A stretch of 64,000 nucleotides of DNA. It comes from Macrostomum hystrix (lineage: Eukaryota; Animalia; Platyhelminthes). This document shows, one piece after another, positions 12,701 to 24,460 of this stretch (position 1 is the stretch's first letter; each line of letters begins with the position of its first letter). Below the pieces are notes generated by a model. It was not told the DNA's origin. It searched no databases and saw only the letters and a program-made list of their open reading frames with translations. The position numbers and the translations under genes were made by a program. The stretch covers positions 2,232,001 through 2,296,000 of the forward strand of contig CATNEN010000005.1 in the NCBI GenBank assembly GCA_950097015.1, written 5' to 3'.

Positions 12701-15700
12701 TGTTTTCCAATCCACAGGAGGGGGCGAGATTTCATGCAGGCTTAGTGTACATTGGACTGTTTTCCAATCCACAGGAGGGGGCGAGATTTCATGCAGGCTT
12801 AGTGTACATTGGACTGTTTTTCAATCCACAGGAGGGGGGCGAGATTTCATGCAGGCTTAGTGTACATTGGACTGTTTTTCAATCCATAGGAGGGGGCGAG
12901 ATTTCATGCAGGCTTAGTGTACATTGGACTGTTTTTCAATCCACAGGAGGGGGCGAGATTTCATGCAGGCTTAGTGTACATTGGACTGTTTTTCAATCCA
13001 CAGGAGGGGGGCGAGATTTCATGCAGGCTTAGTGTACATTGGACTGTTTTTCAATCCACAGGAGGGGGCGAGATTTCATGCAGGCTTAGTGTACATTGGA
13101 CTGTTTTCCAATCCACAGGAGGGGGGCGAGATTTCATGCAGGCTTAGTGTACATTGGACTGTTTTTCAATCCACAGGAGGGGGCGAGATTTCATGCAGGC
13201 TTAGTGTACATTGGACTATTTTTCAATCCACAGGAGGGGATGAGATTTTAAATTTAGAGTACATTAAGATAATGTGGCGCCAGCCTTTTTTATATTTACC
13301 AGTCGCTCCTTGGTGCCGATAAACTCTGGCCTATCAGGCTCCGAGTGTTCATAATTGTTAACGTCCCATTCGTAAGCCAGGGTGGAACGATAGCGCTTCC
13401 ACAGCTCCGTGTGAATGGTGCCCCACAGGCAGATGATGATGGCAAATATTGGTGTAAGCAAATTGTCAAACGCATCTTTGATTGTTGCCAGCATATCGTC
13501 AACCAGCGACATCATCCTGCAAATCGAATAAAACATTCGCAACAGCTACTTCTAGTCTGAGTAGTATATCTGAGTAGTAAAAATAATGATTCTCAACATG
13601 AGTGTTCTCTCACTTTTGAATGTCGGAGGCCACTGTGGTGGTGATATTCGGAGCTGAAGTGGTTCCTACGGACGACTGCGAATGCTTCTGAATGCTGAAA
13701 ATAAAACCAATGTAGCTATTTATTTAGGAATGTAAAAAATCGAAGTTGGTTAAAATACTACAACATTTGACCGACTTAAATACACGACATAATACACTTT
13801 CAGAGCAAACAATACACTTTAAGTGAGGCATACTCATTCATTAGTGATTATGCTCTTAACTGCATGCCATAAAATTCACGGGATGGTGAAGAGATTTTAA
13901 GAAATCCAGCTTTAACCCGCCGTGGGGTTAATTAAAAAAATTATCAAATAGCAAACTTGGCTACAAAAGATGCACGACGACATTAACCAATAATTAAACC
14001 AATTACGTATAAATTGGTTTCAAGAATTTCACGCAAAATAGCATGGAAAATTTCGAAGTAGAAAATGTGACCATTGGTGGGGTCAATTTACGAGCATATC
14101 AGTTGTAGAAAATATATTGCGGCAATTTCGGCAGGAGGCAAATAAAAACGTAGCATTTGAATATGAATTGCAATTGGTTCTCAAACTTACTACTTTAGCT
14201 GAGCGCTGAAAGTTATTATTTTCGTTAAGAATCAGTGTAAAGTGATAAAAAGTAGCATTTTGTTATTCTGACTATGCAACGTGCTCAATCGCGGGTAAAG
14301 TGATGTATAATATTTAATCGTCTGTTATGATACGCTAGAATATGAACTTAATCTTAGTCTGCGACGCAACCATAGACTTGAGTAGCAATCATATTAAAAT
14401 GATAAGGCTTAATCATAGGTGTAGGTTTGCGCGGATTCCCCGGTTGAACTAGTGGTTGTAGCCTAGTGATTAGGGTGTCGGACTCACTACTTAAAGGTCG
14501 GGGGTTCGATTCCCGACTCCACTGGAACAATTTGTGTCCTTTAGCTAGACATTTAACTCCCGCATTGCTTCAGTTCACCCAGCTGTTAAATGGGTACCAG
14601 CATCAGCTGGGAAGACTTCGATTAAAGGTGGATTTGGCGTTCCAGTCCATGGACTGAACAGCAGTACACAGTCTTCAGATGCGGCTGGGGCAGTGGGGCA
14701 GGTGTAATCTATTATTATAATCATTATATTACCGCTTGTACTAATTGTACCTTTTCTAAAAATAGTATTAGCTAGAGAATCCTTTCTAGAGAGAGAAGGA
14801 TTGGCTAGAGAAGCCAATCGGATTGTTAAGACAGGCTTCCGTTAAAGGCAAACGTTATTTGCATAATAATAATTTAACATTAAAGTCGCACATTTATATC
14901 CGACACATTAATAATGCTCACCTAAGCACTAAGCCGTAGATAAAGATTGCGATGCCTAGCAGAGTTGGCAGCCAAAGCATTGAGATCATGTGACCCGACC
15001 AGGCGAAATAGAACGCTATCATCTCACCGAAATAGTTGCGTACCCTGTCCAATGGCTGGTACTTGGTCACTTTGGTCCACACCTCTTCCAACCTGCGCCG
15101 ATCGTCATTTGCCAGGGTATAGTCAAAGCGACAGTCGCCAATCTGTTGCACAGCTTTCAGTTTGCGCCCCTTGGCAATGTCCTCGTCTTTGGCCATATTC
15201 CGATCAATCTTGTAGTCTCCAGGGTAAACTTTTAGCCAGTCCCGTTTGAGATTCTCAATCCAAGGATCCTCAGATGATGGGTCGTGTAGACCAAAAGCGT
15301 CAGTAAAGACTTCATGGTGAAGTAGCTTTGGCAGAGCTGAAGAATTACGCGATAAAGATGCAACTTTTTAATAAAAGAAGAATGATCAAAATTTTTTGCT
15401 TTGCCGCACTAATAATTCTTGCGTAATCAAACAGGGATAATTAATATTTTAGTAATAATCTGTAAAAGTCGATCAATGGGGCAGATAATAATTTAGTTGT
15501 CGTTTGTGACAGCCAATAAGAATCAACATAAGGTCAGAGAGCTAATCAATCGTGTGGTTTTTTCGACAGCCAATAAGAATCGATCAACGGGGCAGATAAA
15601 TAGTTAGTTGTCGTTTGTGACAGCCAATAAGAATCAACATAAGGTCAGAGAGCTAATCAATCGTGTGGTTTTTTCGACAGCCAATAAGAATCGATCAACG

Positions 15701-17628
15701 GGGCAGATAAATAGTTAGTTGTCGTTTGTGACAGCCAATAAGAATCAACATAAGGTCAGAGAGCTAATCAATCGTGTGGTTTTTTCGACAGACAATAAGA
15801 ATCGAGCAACGGGGCTGAGAGTTATCTAGTCGAGTCGTTTGTGAAAGCCTACGACCAAGATAAGGGGAGAGAACTAATTAATCGAGTGGTTTGCGTCAAA
15901 ATAAAAACACTATATACCTGTCTTTGTCAAATCTTTGTCCAAATCAGACGCCGCAGTCCCGATATCTGTGTTGATTAGAATGTTATTAACCTGCAATTAG
16001 ACGGGAATCATTCTGAATATTATTTTATATAGTTCTAGACTTGTATCGGCAATTATGAGGAGGAAAAACTCTCACCAGGTAAGATCTCAGTGCGGGTCTA
16101 AAGAAAGTTTCTTTGTTCTCGTGACCTCGAAACAGATGCAGGTTTCTTCTAGAGAACGGACCGCTGATATAGTCCTCTGTGTAAAGAAACGTTTTTATGT
16201 AGAAATAACGCGACAAGAATCTTCAGACGAGCTATTTTTTTGGAGTTATCTCAAATGTTTACCTTCGTCGTCTTCAATCATATGGCAGCACTGTCCAATC
16301 TTCTGGAACAAATCGAAACTCTCTAGCGGCGAAATTGTCTGCGGGACGATTTTCAAGGTACAATGTCTTTAGAAGGCCTCATTTTGTGATATTGCGGAGG
16401 CGTTTTCATCTTAATTGTGGGGTGATTTCTAACAAACATGGTCAGATGATAATGGGCAGGTCATTTTCTGATATGTGATTGTAACAAGAAACCGTGGGCA
16501 AATCGCATTTATGAAATAATCATGGAGATTATTTCCCAAAAAATCAACGAACCAAGAAATTTGACCAATCAATGCACATAAAGATCGAGAAATTCAACAA
16601 AATTTGAAATTTGAAGGAGTCGAAAAAATTACGAAATCTGGAATTTTTTACGCATCATGGACGCGATGTTTCTTAGAGCTAGATTTTTCATGTACCCTCA
16701 CGAAACTATTATAAATCGTATATTTGAGTAAAGAACACATTTTTCACAAGATACTTTTCTCCACTTTGGGCCAAGCAATAATTCCAGTTTTCGTCTCTTT
16801 TAGGTACTCACGCTTGTACATTTCCTTCATGGCCGTTGTTGCGAAGGGCGTGAGAGAAAAGAGAGTGTTATATTAATCATGCTAATTTTCCGCTTCCAAT
16901 ACTTTCGCTGTTCAGGGCTAGACACAGAAGTGCAATGTAATACTGGAGTAAATGCGCATACGAATCAAGCTAGTCTAGGCTTGAAAAGAAACATTTATTG
17001 CTTGAAAATGTATTCAGAATCAATTCAACTAGAGATAATCTAGAGAGTCAATCTCTATACATAATCTCTATTGCAGCGTATTGCTACAAGGATGTTTCAA
17101 TGGCGTCAAACACGTTCAAACGCGTGACTATGTAGCTGTCGAAAGAGTGTTACAGCGTTAGACAGAAATAAATTGTCTAACACTGAACACACTAGAACCC
17201 AGGATCTCCAAGATGTCAAAATGATGTCTTAAAAATTCATCTGAGGGCAGTATAAGTCTCACCTTATCGAGTGCCATCTCCAGTTTGAGCTTCTCAGCCT
17301 CTCTTGCCAGAACATTGAATGGCGCGTAGATTTTAATGAACACCAACGGATGATCCTCGTTGTCATTGTGCTCGTAGACTTCGGTCTCGATGCCGGGTCG
17401 GCGACTTTTAAGAGTGTCCAAGAATACCTGTCGAATGCGTCGCTTAGCCTCAGAGTGATGACCGTGGTCGCAGTCGCGATACACCAGGACATAGTCTATG
17501 GCCGGCAGGCGGGTGCCGGTCCATTTGAACTCCACTGGGCCCATGACGTCGTCTGGCTCGCTGGAACCCAAACCACTGCTTACCATCAGGCCCGGGTGGC
17601 TGCTACCACCCAGCTTCTCGACGTCCAT
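6761..17628 (-). CDS. ANO: Anoctamin / TMEM16 (Ca2+-activated channel or scramblase family), multi-exon
   Basis: Exons with consistent GT-AG sites and phase: 17263-17628, (possible small exon near 16812, unresolved), ~16263-16366, 16076-16176, 15918-15990, 14922-15336, 13614-13694, 13300-13516, 12300-12389, 12045-12200, 11929-11965, 11738-11847, 11374-11534, 10491-10680, 9604-9888, 8866-8990, 7090-7532, 6761-7035. Family motifs: IDYVLVY, YQPLDRVRNYFGEMIAFYFAW, ELWKRYRSTLAYEWD, WENHRTQSEYDNALILKLFAFQFANSY, EYMEKIIQLGY, FAASFPLAPL, IPDVP. The last two exons (low-complexity C-tail) are linked by phase only. Confidence 0.93.
8050..8480 (+). repeat. 16-bp minisatellite (CCTGTCTCATCTCTCT)
   Basis: Direct reading; anoctamin intron. 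Confidence 0.95.
9068..9481 (-). repeat. 16-bp minisatellite of the same family, inverted relative to the 8.05 kb array
   Basis: The plus-strand unit GACAGGGGAGAGATAA has reverse complement TTATCTCTCCCCTGTC. Confidence 0.95.
10880..11191 (-). mobile_element. Same SINE family, full-length copy, opposite orientation
   Basis: Reverse complement reads GGTTGTAGCCTAGTGGTTAGGGCGTCTGACT...GGGTTCGATTTCC...TTCAGTTCACCCAGCTGTTATATGGGTACCAGCATCAGCTGGG...GGGGCAGGTGTAATC followed by (ATT)n. Confidence 0.85.
12497..13250. repeat. 57-58-bp minisatellite, ~13 copies
   Basis: Unit GAGATTTCATGCAGGCTTAGTGTACATTGGACTGTTTTCCAATCCACAGGAGGGGGC. Confidence 0.95.
14454..14720 (+). mobile_element. tRNA-derived SINE (CORE-like), full-length copy
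   Basis: A box TAGCCTAGTG, B box GGTTCGATTCC, CORE-like block GCTTCAGTTCACCCAGCTGTTAAATGGGTACC, (ATT)n tail. Confidence 0.85.
15470..15880. repeat. 111-bp tandem repeat, ~3.7 copies
   Basis: GATCAACGGGG recurs at 15582, 15693 and (GAGCAAC) 15804; two AGCCAATAAG motifs per unit. Confidence 0.9.
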
Positions 17629-17777
17629 TGTGTCGAGCTTGAAGTAGCTCAACCTTGCTTAGAGTAACTTTGTTGACCACTGGGATTATACGGCTGGAAA
17701 GTAGTTAAGAAAAATAGCTAACACCACTGTAAATAACATTTTTAGAATCGATTTGTTGTCTATGGTCAAAACTTAGC

Positions 17778-17778
17778 G

Positions 17779-17827
<49 letters not shown>

Positions 17828-18262
17828 GATAGATAGATAGATAGGCTTTCCAGCTGCCTTAATCGTTTCCGGTGATCTTGTGTGCGTGCATTCAGCGTGA
17901 TTGGCTGCGGCAAGCAAGCTCGAAAGAGCTCGCTTCGCTCGCTCTTTCTCGCTTTCTATATCTATTGCCAGGACCTGCACCGGAGCGGTTACGAAAATTA
18001 GGCTTCTCGGTAGTGGCAAGCATTCATTTGCACTACTGCTTGAGTAGTCTGGTTTTTGTACGGCATTGGCTGGTTCCAGATGGTAGTTCCTCTGGATAAA
18101 AGCGCTTACCGCGCCCATTGGCTTTCCAGCTGCCTTAATCGTTTCCGGTGATCTTGTGTGCGTGCATTCAGCGTGATTGGCTGCGGCAAGCAAGCTCGAA
18201 AGAGCTCGCTTCGCTCGCTCTTTCTCGCTTTCTATATCTATCTATCTATCTATCTATCTATA
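17778..18262. repeat. (TATC)n/(GATA)n microsatellite-bounded element with two ~118-bp direct repeats
   Basis: GGCTTTCCAGCTGCC...GCTCGCTTCGCTCGCTCTTTCTCGCTTTCTATATCTA occurs at ~17845-17963 and ~18120-18240, with TATC runs at both ends. Confidence 0.85.
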
Positions 18263-18466
18263 TAACTACGAGCGCGTATCTATGAAATAAACAAAGCAAA
18301 TCAAGGACTTAACGGTTTTAAACTAGCATGGTTATCTCGCAGATTCAAGATGCACAACTTTTTTTATAAATTAATTTGAAAAAAATTCCGCTAGCAGAAG
18401 GAATTCAGATAACTGCAGATCGAAACATTTTACTTTAATGGATGCAATTGTTATCAGAATCGATTT

Positions 18467-19547
18467 TTAAGTAGAGCCATCCAGATAGACCAGTCTAAGC
18501 TGCTCAACAAGTTCTCTCGTCTCTTCCTGAGCCTCATCCATACGTTTCATCAATCGTTCAGCTGCTGAACGTTCTGATTGGCTGAAAAATGCCACAGCAA
18601 TGCTGATTCGCTGACAACTAGACAGGGCAGACAGAATGTCTATGGCCAACTTTGCAGGCCAATCAGAATTCTTCTGTGCGGCATCCATAGCGGTGAAGAA
18701 CTCGCCGAGTAGTCCGAACGGCACCTCCGAGGCGAATAAATTTGAGTAGACGGATGGCGATAGCCTCAACATGTAGGCAGAGCTGCAGAGTGAACATACG
18801 AGCGTATTTTCTGTTACTTCTGTCTTTCGCTTTATGTTGAAGACTGAAGTCTATTGGCCTTAGCCCTAGGCCTTAAGCACAAGACACAGGTTGTGACTTT
18901 TGCTAAAAGGCACAAATTGTTCAAGTGGAGTCAGGAATCGAACCCCGGACCTTTAAGTCCTGAGTCCGACGCTCTAAGTAATAGTCTACTCAACCACGGA
19001 CCACATATTACACAGCAGTAATCAAGAGTTTATTACATTACATCATTTACTTAACTTAGTCAAATAACTTGCCTCTCCTTACACACATTTTACAAATAAA
19101 GGCAATTCTAAAAGCATCTAGAATAGGTCTCATGGAGCCTAATAAAAAGGCCCATTTTACTTACCGATCATCCGCAGTTTTCAAAGCTCTCCACTGACGC
19201 AAAAACTGTTGAGACGTTGTTGGCAGCACCTCAGCTGCGGTTGCTTTTGATTGGGACACCTGCTGGGACTGACCCCCTGTAGGCTGACTTTCAAGTACGC
19301 CGCCTCCGCGACTCCTGCCCCTGTTCCACAGTCCGGCCTCGTTGGATCGAATCTCGGTGACTCGCTCGCCACGATCCAGCGGCTTCAAATGGCTGGCGTT
19401 GACAATCTCTTTGAATTCTTCGTAGCTGGCCACTCGTTGGTTTACGGCGCGAAATTTGGCATCATTTTTTTCCCAGTAGCGCCTGTCTGCTTCCACCGCC
19501 TGTTCCAATTCTCGTTCTAACCGGTCCAAGTTTATTTCGCCTGACAT
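18467..19547 (-). CDS. CCDC103: CCDC103 / DNAAF19 (dynein axonemal assembly factor), two exons, ~232 aa
   Basis: Exons 19165-19547 and 18467-18782 join in frame (CG|gtaag...ctgcag|C). The N-terminus INLDRLERELEQAVEADRRYWEKNDAKFRAVNQRVASYEEFKEIVNASHLKPLDR matches the dynein-attachment N domain. Exon 2 is RPAP3_C-like (LFASEVPFGLLGE...RISIAVAFFSQSER). Confidence 0.92.
18880..18995 (-). mobile_element. SINE 5' (tRNA-like) fragment in the CCDC103 intron
   Basis: TTGCTAAAAGGCACAAATTGTTCAAGTGGAGTCAGGAATCGAACCCCGGACCTTTAAGTCCTGAGTCCGACGCTCTA matches the head of the other copies. Confidence 0.7.
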
Positions 19548-22229
19548 GTTTTTTCTAGCCTTGTTTTGTTAATATCCAAAGGTCTTCTGAAATTTTGTGA
19601 GTGTGCGTATGATAATGAAAAAATAATATGCATACTATTGTGCACTATTGTGCGAATCAAATAATTAGTGACCCAACAGTTGTTTAATTAAATCTATACT
19701 GAATAAACAATTTTATGAGTTGAACAATTTAAGATAAAATGAAATTATTTCTAAATAAATAATGCAAACCAGTAATATAATGCTACTGAACTTATCGTAA
19801 TTAATATATTGTAAAAATATATTTAAAATAACTAGATTAGCACATTTCAATCGTTTTTGTTACACTTAGAAATATAAAATATTCACAGGTGTAATGAAAG
19901 AGCAGAAACATTCCATAACAAATATTAAAATAGACACAAAAAGTTTTTTTTATATGTAATTTTTTTGTTAATAAAATGTAGGAATATACAATTGTTGAAG
20001 TACATTCTATCATACGTTTTAAAATAATTTGCAGAACACTAAACAGCGAGTTCGTAAACAATTATTTTAATATTTGCATCTTCTTTGATTAATACCTGTA
20101 CATCCAGAATGTTATCCAGATAGAACGTATAATATAAAACAGGTTATTTTTTCTGATGACAATTCTAAAAATAGTTTATATAAAGTTTTTACAGCGAATT
20201 TCGAATAAAATACGAAATAAGTCTTAACTTTAGTCTTTCTGGCTCAAAAAATTAATTCTGAAGTAGGTGGCCAAAATACGAAATCGATTTTAATTGCTCA
20301 AAGAACAAATTTGGTGCACTCAGATAAAAAATGCTTTTATATAACATAGCTACACCATTCACAATTTACCTCAGCCTCAAAGTTCTGATAACGATTAAAG
20401 ATAAAGAAATGCATACTAGAGGACAGCGCCACACTTCAAACAAAAATTGAATATTTCTTTTACAGTACTTTAGCTTTTTGGTATAAAAATTAACTATGAC
20501 ATTGCAGACTCAATTTGCGTTTAAATTCATAAGTAGGAAGAAATAGAACACAGCCAAAAATATGGTGTAAATTCATGTTGTTAAGCCTATAGCTGTCAAC
20601 AAAAAAGAATGACAGTATGCATTGCAAGAAAGTAACAATAAGTTAAAAAATCAAATTTAAATACTTGCATACGATTTGCTTTACCATAAAATTTGTTTTT
20701 TATTTTCTTAGCTTTATTTTTTGTTCTAAACGTTTGGGCTAAATGCGCGAAATTCAATATTTTGGCAATGCTGCATTTCGCAATCAAAACGTACGTACGT
20801 ACCTTTTCATTTACAATTAATATGTAGCTGTCGTCCCCTATTAATATTAACTAATTCTTTGTATCACGAAAGCTTTCCACAACCAATGCTTGACAGAAAA
20901 AGAATTTTTCATTTTTTGACACTATAGTCTTGATTAGGACTCATGTCTTAAAACAGTGAAACGAATTTTTAGAGTTTTGTAGACAGACAATTAGTGATAC
21001 TGATAGTGTATTATATTGCTAGGTTTTTTATAATCTGTAATATGAATTGTTTAAACTAAAAACACATATTCACACACGTATTTTTCTGCTTTTATTTTCA
21101 TGTAAATATATTAAAATTTAGTAGTAAAAATATTACATTTACTTTACAAAAAAAGTGGATGCATAACATGTATTCTGTGACTGGTTTTTTAAATAGCCCT
21201 AGGCTAGCTTTTAATGTAGTCTGCCTTAAAAACTATAGTTTAACAGGGTAAATTTATTTGTAAAAACCTTATAAAATACTAGTTTACCTGAGTTAGGCCT
21301 AATTTGTGAGTCTTAATATGCCAATGTAATTGTTTTTTTATATAGTAGGTACCTAGGCCTATCAATATTATCATATCAAACATGAAATAAAAGATAAAAT
21401 TAATTGAACTTTACTTCAGCCTTAATTTACTTCTTAGCATTTTTACAGTAGCTGACTAGCCCTAAAATAGTAACAGTATATTTTCCTGTTTTGTTGGTAA
21501 TAAAGTTGTCTTATTTATATATGATGTTTGTATTGCTATTGGTGTAGCTGCATAGCCTGGCATTTTATCAATTTTAAAAAAGAAAAATATTTATGTAATT
21601 ACTTCTAAATTCATAAAAAAATAATAGCTTTGTTTATCAATGGAAATGATAAACTTTTAATGATGGCTACATTTTAAAAGTAAAGCATATCTCAGAAACA
21701 AAACATGGTAACTACACAGTCAACTATTGTTTAAGATGTACCATCATAAACCAAAGTGTTAGACTACTAATCCTACCTTTTCTCATTGTCATAATTTGTT
21801 TTTTATATATTTGAATTGAATTATAAAATATTCTATACTGTAGCCTACTGCTTTAAATTATATTGTAGTAATATGTTTGAAAACAATAAAACAGAATTTT
21901 GCTGATTAGTTTTTGGAAATGAAATGATTTTTGGCTCTAATATAAAAATACAAATAATAAATATTGATTACACCTGCTAATTGGTATAGATATGTAGCTG
22001 AAACATACATGGGCAACCTAAATCTTAGCTGGCCACGCAACTTAGTTTTTGCTCTATTTACAACTTAGTTTGCTCTCATTTGCTCTCTTTTTCTCTCCCC
22101 TTTTTCCTTTTCTTCACATCTTCCTTTTTTGTCCCTTGGTCCCCCCTTTGATTTTTTTGCGCTTGGTTGATTGTTTTTTGCAACTTACCTTGCTTGGCCC
22201 TCATTTCACCAGCCGGTTCGGCCAGGTCG

Positions 22230-22470
22230 GCCGAGTGTTGCGCATGTATGAGCTGACAGCATAGTTGCAACTATTTTCTAGTGTATCTGAAAGCTAGATA
22301 CCACTTTTGAGTCCATAGACTAGGTAGTAAAACAATACCCACCCCTAATTACCTCTATTAATCATGGTGCCCATTATACAACTGTGTGAAGTGAAGCAAT
22401 GCAGAGTTAATGACTTGCTAAAAGACAAATAGTTCTAATAGAGTTGGGAATCAAACTCTTGACCTTTAAC
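22230..22470 (-). mobile_element. Old degenerate SINE copy
   Basis: GAAGTGAAGCAATGCAGAGTTAATGACTTGCTAAAAGAC...GAGTTGGGAATCAAACTCTTGACCTT resembles the family consensus. Confidence 0.5.
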
Positions 22471-22626
22471 TTAGTAATGCTATGATTTTTAAATATAATA
22501 TATGCATATTTTTTGTTTAATATTAAACTTGGTAATATGAATTTATAATTTTATGAACTACTAGACTAAAAATATTTATATATATAAAATACATAATTAG
22601 TTAAATATCTTTTATATATGTCTTTA

Positions 22627-24080
22627 CTAGCTTTTTTTGCCCGTTGTTTTTGGGGCAGAAATTTAAAGCAAAGCAGTAAGCAATTCACGTCTCTGTATTA
22701 ACTTTATAGTGAAGGTCACCATTTATTTATTTACTGCATTAATGAAAAGTAAAGAGTTTGTTTAAGGGCGTTTTAAGTAAAAAATAAGTGAAAAGTTTGT
22801 CCAAACAGCCCCCTCTTGATTACTTCTCTTGTCTCTTAGCCACTCCTCTATACAGTCAGTGGCAGATCCAGGAATTTTGTTTTGGGGCAGTCTGTCAGGG
22901 GAGCGCCATGAGAATCACAGAGGGGGTGCCAGCGGCCGAAAAAGGGCGCCAGGAGCCAAGAAAGGGCGCCAGCGGCTGAAAAACGGGAGCCAGCGGCTGA
23001 AAAAGGGGCGCCAGCGGCCGAAAAGAGGCGCCAGTGCTGCGACTGGCGCCCCTGGTGGGGGCATCTTATTCCCATGATTAAAATTTAGGGGGGCGACTGC
23101 CCCCCCGCCCCCCCTGAATCTGCCTCTGTATACAGTATGCATGTACACGCGTATACATAAGGAAAATAGCCATGGCATAACAATAACAATGTCAAAGAAA
23201 CAAAATTAAACTGTTTCAGAGTTCAGAGTTAGACAGGTCAAGGTCAATTCGTGACTACTTTTCTATTAATTGCTTGCGAGTCACCTCAAGGCCTGGGGAT
23301 ATGCCACATTCTTCGTTCTTCCCCTTGGTGCGAAAATGAATAGGCCAGCTGGAGTTCCAACACGGGAGCAGGCGACATAAAGCTGCCCATGCGAGAAGCA
23401 AGGAGTCTCCAGGTTGATGCCAGCCACCTTCAGCGACTGTCCCTGAGCCTTGAGCCTAAAGACAGAGTTTTCACTTTAGCTACAAAAAAAGCCCTGCGCA
23501 CTGGGACGCCACCGCACTCACCGCACTCAGTCTCAGTGCTGCTTGGGGGCCAGTAGACAGTCTAGGGGTTTGGGCTGTGTACATTCACGGCTTGAAATAC
23601 AATGTACAGTCTGGGGCTTCGGCGCCCGGGGAAGGGAGGGGGTGGCTGTAATAAAATTTGGCCCGCAGAGTGGCGGAGGGGAGTTGGGGTGGCTGTCCTC
23701 GGAAAACAAAAAGTGACTCACTTTGAGATGATGCAGCTTTGCTCTGGATTGAGTAGAGATGTTCAAAATTGACAGCATTGTTGGAAAACATGTAAAGTGC
23801 AAGTGGATCAAATTTGGAGAAAATCTGACAAAGTGGGGCGACGATATGTCGAATTGAGTGATTTTTTGACGATTTTTGAGCAGTTTTTTGCACTTTTGAG
23901 CAGGAAGGAAATGATTTTTCGGGAATTTGAGTAGCCTATTGCACTCAGCGTAGGTGGTTTTAGGTATGTGCAAAGTTTGGTGCGATTTGGTTGAGCGGTT
24001 TCGGCGTCTATAAAGACAAAAGGTTGCACACAGACAGACAGACAGACAGACAGAGTTTTCACTTTTATATATATAGAAGA
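22627..24080 (-). mobile_element. Non-autonomous Helitron retaining the RepHel/PIF1 helicase C-terminus
   Basis: 5' end A|TCTTCTATATATATAAAAG..(TCTG)n at 24080. 3' end TGCCC-loop-GGGCA hairpin then CTAG|T at 22627 (A|T target). 23281-23451 encodes KAQGQSLKVAGINLETPCFSHGQLYVACSRVGTPAGLFIFAPRGRTKNVAYPQALR*, the canonical RepHel end. Confidence 0.75.
22857..23128. mobile_element. hAT-type MITE (272 bp) nested in the Helitron
   Basis: TIRs CAGTGGCAGATCCAGG / CAGAGGCAGATTCAGG (14/16 match). Perfect 8-bp TSD TATACAGT at 22849-22856 and 23129-23136. Confidence 0.88.
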
Positions 24081-24460
24081 TAGCTATACCATTGCTTCTT
24101 GTCAAAATATATTGGATCTATTTTTGGGTCTAATTGTGAAATGTGATTAAATAATTAATTCCTAAAAATTAAAATTATGAAGTGTTTTCTGGCTCTTGCC
24201 ATACATTCTGAAATTAAGAAAATACTAAATTAGATAAGTATAGTAGAACTATAGAACTAGAGTAAATACTTAAATTATTCATTTATTTTATTTAATATTT
24301 GCACTATGTCTGAAATGTTGTTTTGCATAGACTAAAATAAGTAGTGTTTTTAAAGTTTATGTACACTTATGATAACAAGTCAACAATTATGTTCAACATT
24401 TGTTCAAGAAGGTATCCAATTTTTTTAAGGCCAGGTGTCATACCTGCAGAATTTGCATGG

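Noticed and set aside
14454-14530. tRNA gene
   Set aside because: It has A and B boxes but continues into a CORE-like body and (ATT)n tail and is dispersed in several diverged copies, so it is a SINE head.
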